DNA of 64,000 nucleotides from Cirrosporium novae-zelandiae (Eukaryota): NCBI GenBank assembly GCA_026023565.1, contig JAPETS010000033.1, positions 1 to 64,000 of the forward strand, read 5' to 3'. Shown piece by piece: positions 61,401 to 64,000 of this stretch (position 1 is its first letter; each line of letters starts with the position of its first letter). The notes under the pieces were generated by a model. It saw only the letters and a program-made list of their open reading frames with translations, ran no database searches and was not told where the DNA came from. The position numbers and the translations under genes were made by a program.

Positions 61401-64000
61401 TACCTCTTTATTGACGCGGTTGACGAATCTGAAGATGTCACCGACTGCGCAGATAGACTGTCGTTTCTCCGGACGGAGTCAATACGATCAACAAGCGTTA
61501 CTTTGAAGTGTCTGGTTACAAGCCGGCCTGAAGAAACTCTATCTTTACCTAATCTACGAGATTATGAGATTAATCTGCACATGAAGAATGAACAGAACAT
61601 TGGGAGCATTATTAATACTGAAATAAAGAGGGTCACAAGGGCATTGCAGGAAGCCGATCCAGGGACGCCGTATCCTATTGATAAGATCAAACAAAACCTG
61701 AGCAAACGAGCAAATGGCGTGATATTATGGGTGTCTTTGATTTTGAAAGACATTCAATATCAAATTCTTTCAGGGAGTGTCACCCATGATAGCATGATGA
61801 ATACTCTAGAAAACATTCCAAACAAACTAGAAAACCTTTATATAAGAATTATCAACCAGTTGAATTCGCGGAAAGGAAATGCGCAATTACCAGAGGGGAA
61901 AGCCCAGTCAGAAACCAAACAATGGCTCCAACTGACAGCATTCTCGGGCCGCTTGTTCAGCATCGAGGAATTTCGGGACGTTGTTATTGTCACAGATATT
62001 CAAGACCAATTCGACGGCAAAGGGGAATCGTTAACCAATAAAAGATGGCCAGTGACGATTTCGATGGTACAACGACAACTCACGCAAAAGACTGGTGGGT
62101 TCATAGAGATGGTGGAGCTTTCCACGGTAGCTCAGATATTGAGAGCAAGTTCAGCAACTCTCGATTCTTCGACCGCCATACAATTTCTACACCAGTCGGT
62201 AAAGGATTTCCTTCAGAAAGACAAGGCAGTTCCATTTAGATTGAACGAAACAGATGGTAATGGACTGATAACCAGAGTCTGCATCAACTATATGCGATGT
62301 CTTTCCGGGTCCAATATGCCTGTCTCAAAGCCTGTCGAACACTGGACTACGCAAGATTATGACGAGCTTGTACTTTATTTACAAAGGCGACCATTACTTC
62401 ATTACATTCTGAAATTTCTACCAAACACTTGAACCAGTTAGGGAAGGGCACTCCCTCTGAATCAGAGAATCGTCGAGCCCTGACATTATTTCCCCAAATT
62501 TTCAGATCAATCCTCGGCACATCCAACGGACCGGCTCTTTACGTGACTGCCTCGTGGCTACACCGAGTTTCTGTGAACAATCCTAGTCTGATTGACAACG
62601 AGTCACTAAGAGAAGTCCTCAATAAATTTAGCACAACTTACCTGGATAAAAAACATGTAATTAATAAGTTCCTGGATGATGCGTTGGTATCTGCGGCTCG
62701 AGCTGGACTCAGCACGGCTCTCAAAACTTTAATCGCAGCAGGCGCAAACAAATTCTCCGTTTCAGCACTCGATGCTGCGGTTTTTGAAAGACATTTCGTT
62801 ATTGTTGAATATCTTACCACTTTAGGGTTAGAAATAATGGATGTGGATTTGGGATGCTCACATCAACGACGAGATGGAGTTCCCCACAGCGGAAATCGAC
62901 TGAACCACGCTTCATCACCAGGACTTCTAGCTTCAGACGATTCAAGTGGAAATATCCGACAAGCACAAAGAGAATCATTGCTAGCAGCACCAAAGGCAGG
63001 CTCTGTCCCTCTCGTGAGTATGCCGTTAGATAGAGGAGTGAAAGTAGACACGAGATTCGAAAGCCAGATCTGCCGTGCATTGGACAGCTGAACTCGGCCA
63101 CAGATCTATTATCCCACTACTAGCAAAATATGGGGCAGATATAAGCTCCAGGGATAGTGAAGGCATGACACCACTTCATTTAGCAGCTCGTAACGGCAAT
63201 AATGAAGCCTTACTTGAGCTTCTTAACCATGGGGAGGGCATAGAAACTAAGAATGAAAGTGATCAAACGGCGTTGGAACTGGCGAAAAGATATTCCCAAG
63301 AAGCTACTGTTAGAGCGCTGCTTGAAAACGGCGCAACCGATCACATATTGACAGGAAACGCCAATCATACCCGTTTATGGTTCCATTTCATCGGAATAAG
63401 AAATTCTCTGGTCGCACAGAAGTTTTGCAGCGCATAAATTTTCTTTTATTGGATTCGAAACCTCCTCAGTCACCTGTAGTCTTATCAGGCTTAGGTGGAA
63501 TTGGGTAAGCTCTTTAAAAAAAGGAAATGTCTTTTACAGTTTCTAACTAGGGGAAATAGCAAGTTATCAATCGCAATTGAGTTTGCGTACCGTTTTAAAA
63601 ATGCCTCTCTGGATGGACCAGTTTTTTGGGTAAATGCAGATAGCTTGTCTCGGATTCAGGCCGACTTCTATAATATTGCTCGCCGAATTAAAATACCAGG
63701 ATTTGATGAATCAAACATAAATATACTCTCTTTGGTAAAGAGCTCGCTTGAAACGGATGGCAATGGCGATTAGCTGCTTATATTTGACGGTTTGGATGAC
63801 CTCGCTTCGTTGGTGCCTACAGAGTTTCTCCCAGATAATCCTCGAGGTCGTATTCTTATAACAACCAGAAACATGGACGTTGGCGGACGCATTGCGGACG
63901 ATTCTAGGATTATTTCAGTCGAAGGGATGGATCTGAAAGAAGGGTTTGAGCTTGCTCAAAAAATCCTACCTAATTATGCAAAATTGAGTCTCGAAGAAGG
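58424..64000 (+). pseudogene. Decayed NLR-like gene: TM - SesB-like alpha/beta hydrolase - NACHT - NACHT - ankyrin repeats - NB-ARC; runs off the window
   Basis: IFAVHGLG, GHSFGG (59080), FLGTPHQGS. P-loops GRPNIGKT (59979), GKARSGKS (60711), GLGGIG|K (63488). IDAVDE, HQSVKDFL, TPLHLAA, LLIFDGLDD, ILITTR. Lesions: donor site ATATGT at 58660, stops at 60054 and 63771, several frameshifts, LTR insertion. Confidence 0.85.
61040..61292. mobile_element. Solo LTR (253 bp) of an LTR retrotransposon
   Basis: TGTAAGGGCA...TGCCCTAACA termini (9/10 inverted) and a 5-bp target-site duplication GAGCA at 61035-61039 and 61293-61297. Removing it restores the NACHT frame LQKEH|GNGF. Confidence 0.93.

Noticed and set aside
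126..64000. tRNA, snRNA, rRNA, telomerase RNA or CRISPR arrays
   Set aside because: No cloverleaf or T-loop context, snRNA signature or repeat-spacer array was seen by eye. Internal TTAGGG matches are isolated. An Infernal scan would be needed to exclude divergent ncRNAs.

Overview
Left end of a filamentous-ascomycete chromosome. A (CCCTAA)n telomere (1-125) is followed by a very short subtelomere made of LTR fragments and a RIP-type lectin pseudogene. From 3.3 to 52 kb lies a block of intact, mostly intron-containing housekeeping genes: cyclin K/T-like, DUS4, group II G-alpha, transketolase, VMA3, dynactin p25, a stand-alone dihydroneopterin aldolase, DUF1765, ATP14, TFIIB, an exomer ChAP, ERV41, a half-size MetE-like protein, an F-box protein, CDK8/SSN3 and a vacuolar-type MFS transporter. 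From about 54 kb there is an immune/cell-death-like accessory block: an intact HeLo-like + pseudokinase gene, a DUF6601 pseudogene, and a large decayed NLR (TM-SesB hydrolase-NACHT-NACHT-ANK-NB-ARC) interrupted by a solo LTR. The most notable observations are a candidate CUG-initiated, presequence-like N-terminal extension of TFIIB, an alternative first exon for CDK8, the three-STAND-domain NLR and its neighbours, and one LTR family present at both ends of the window with an inverted 26-nt loop. Gene models were built by eye from splice signals and remembered family motifs. No database searches were run.
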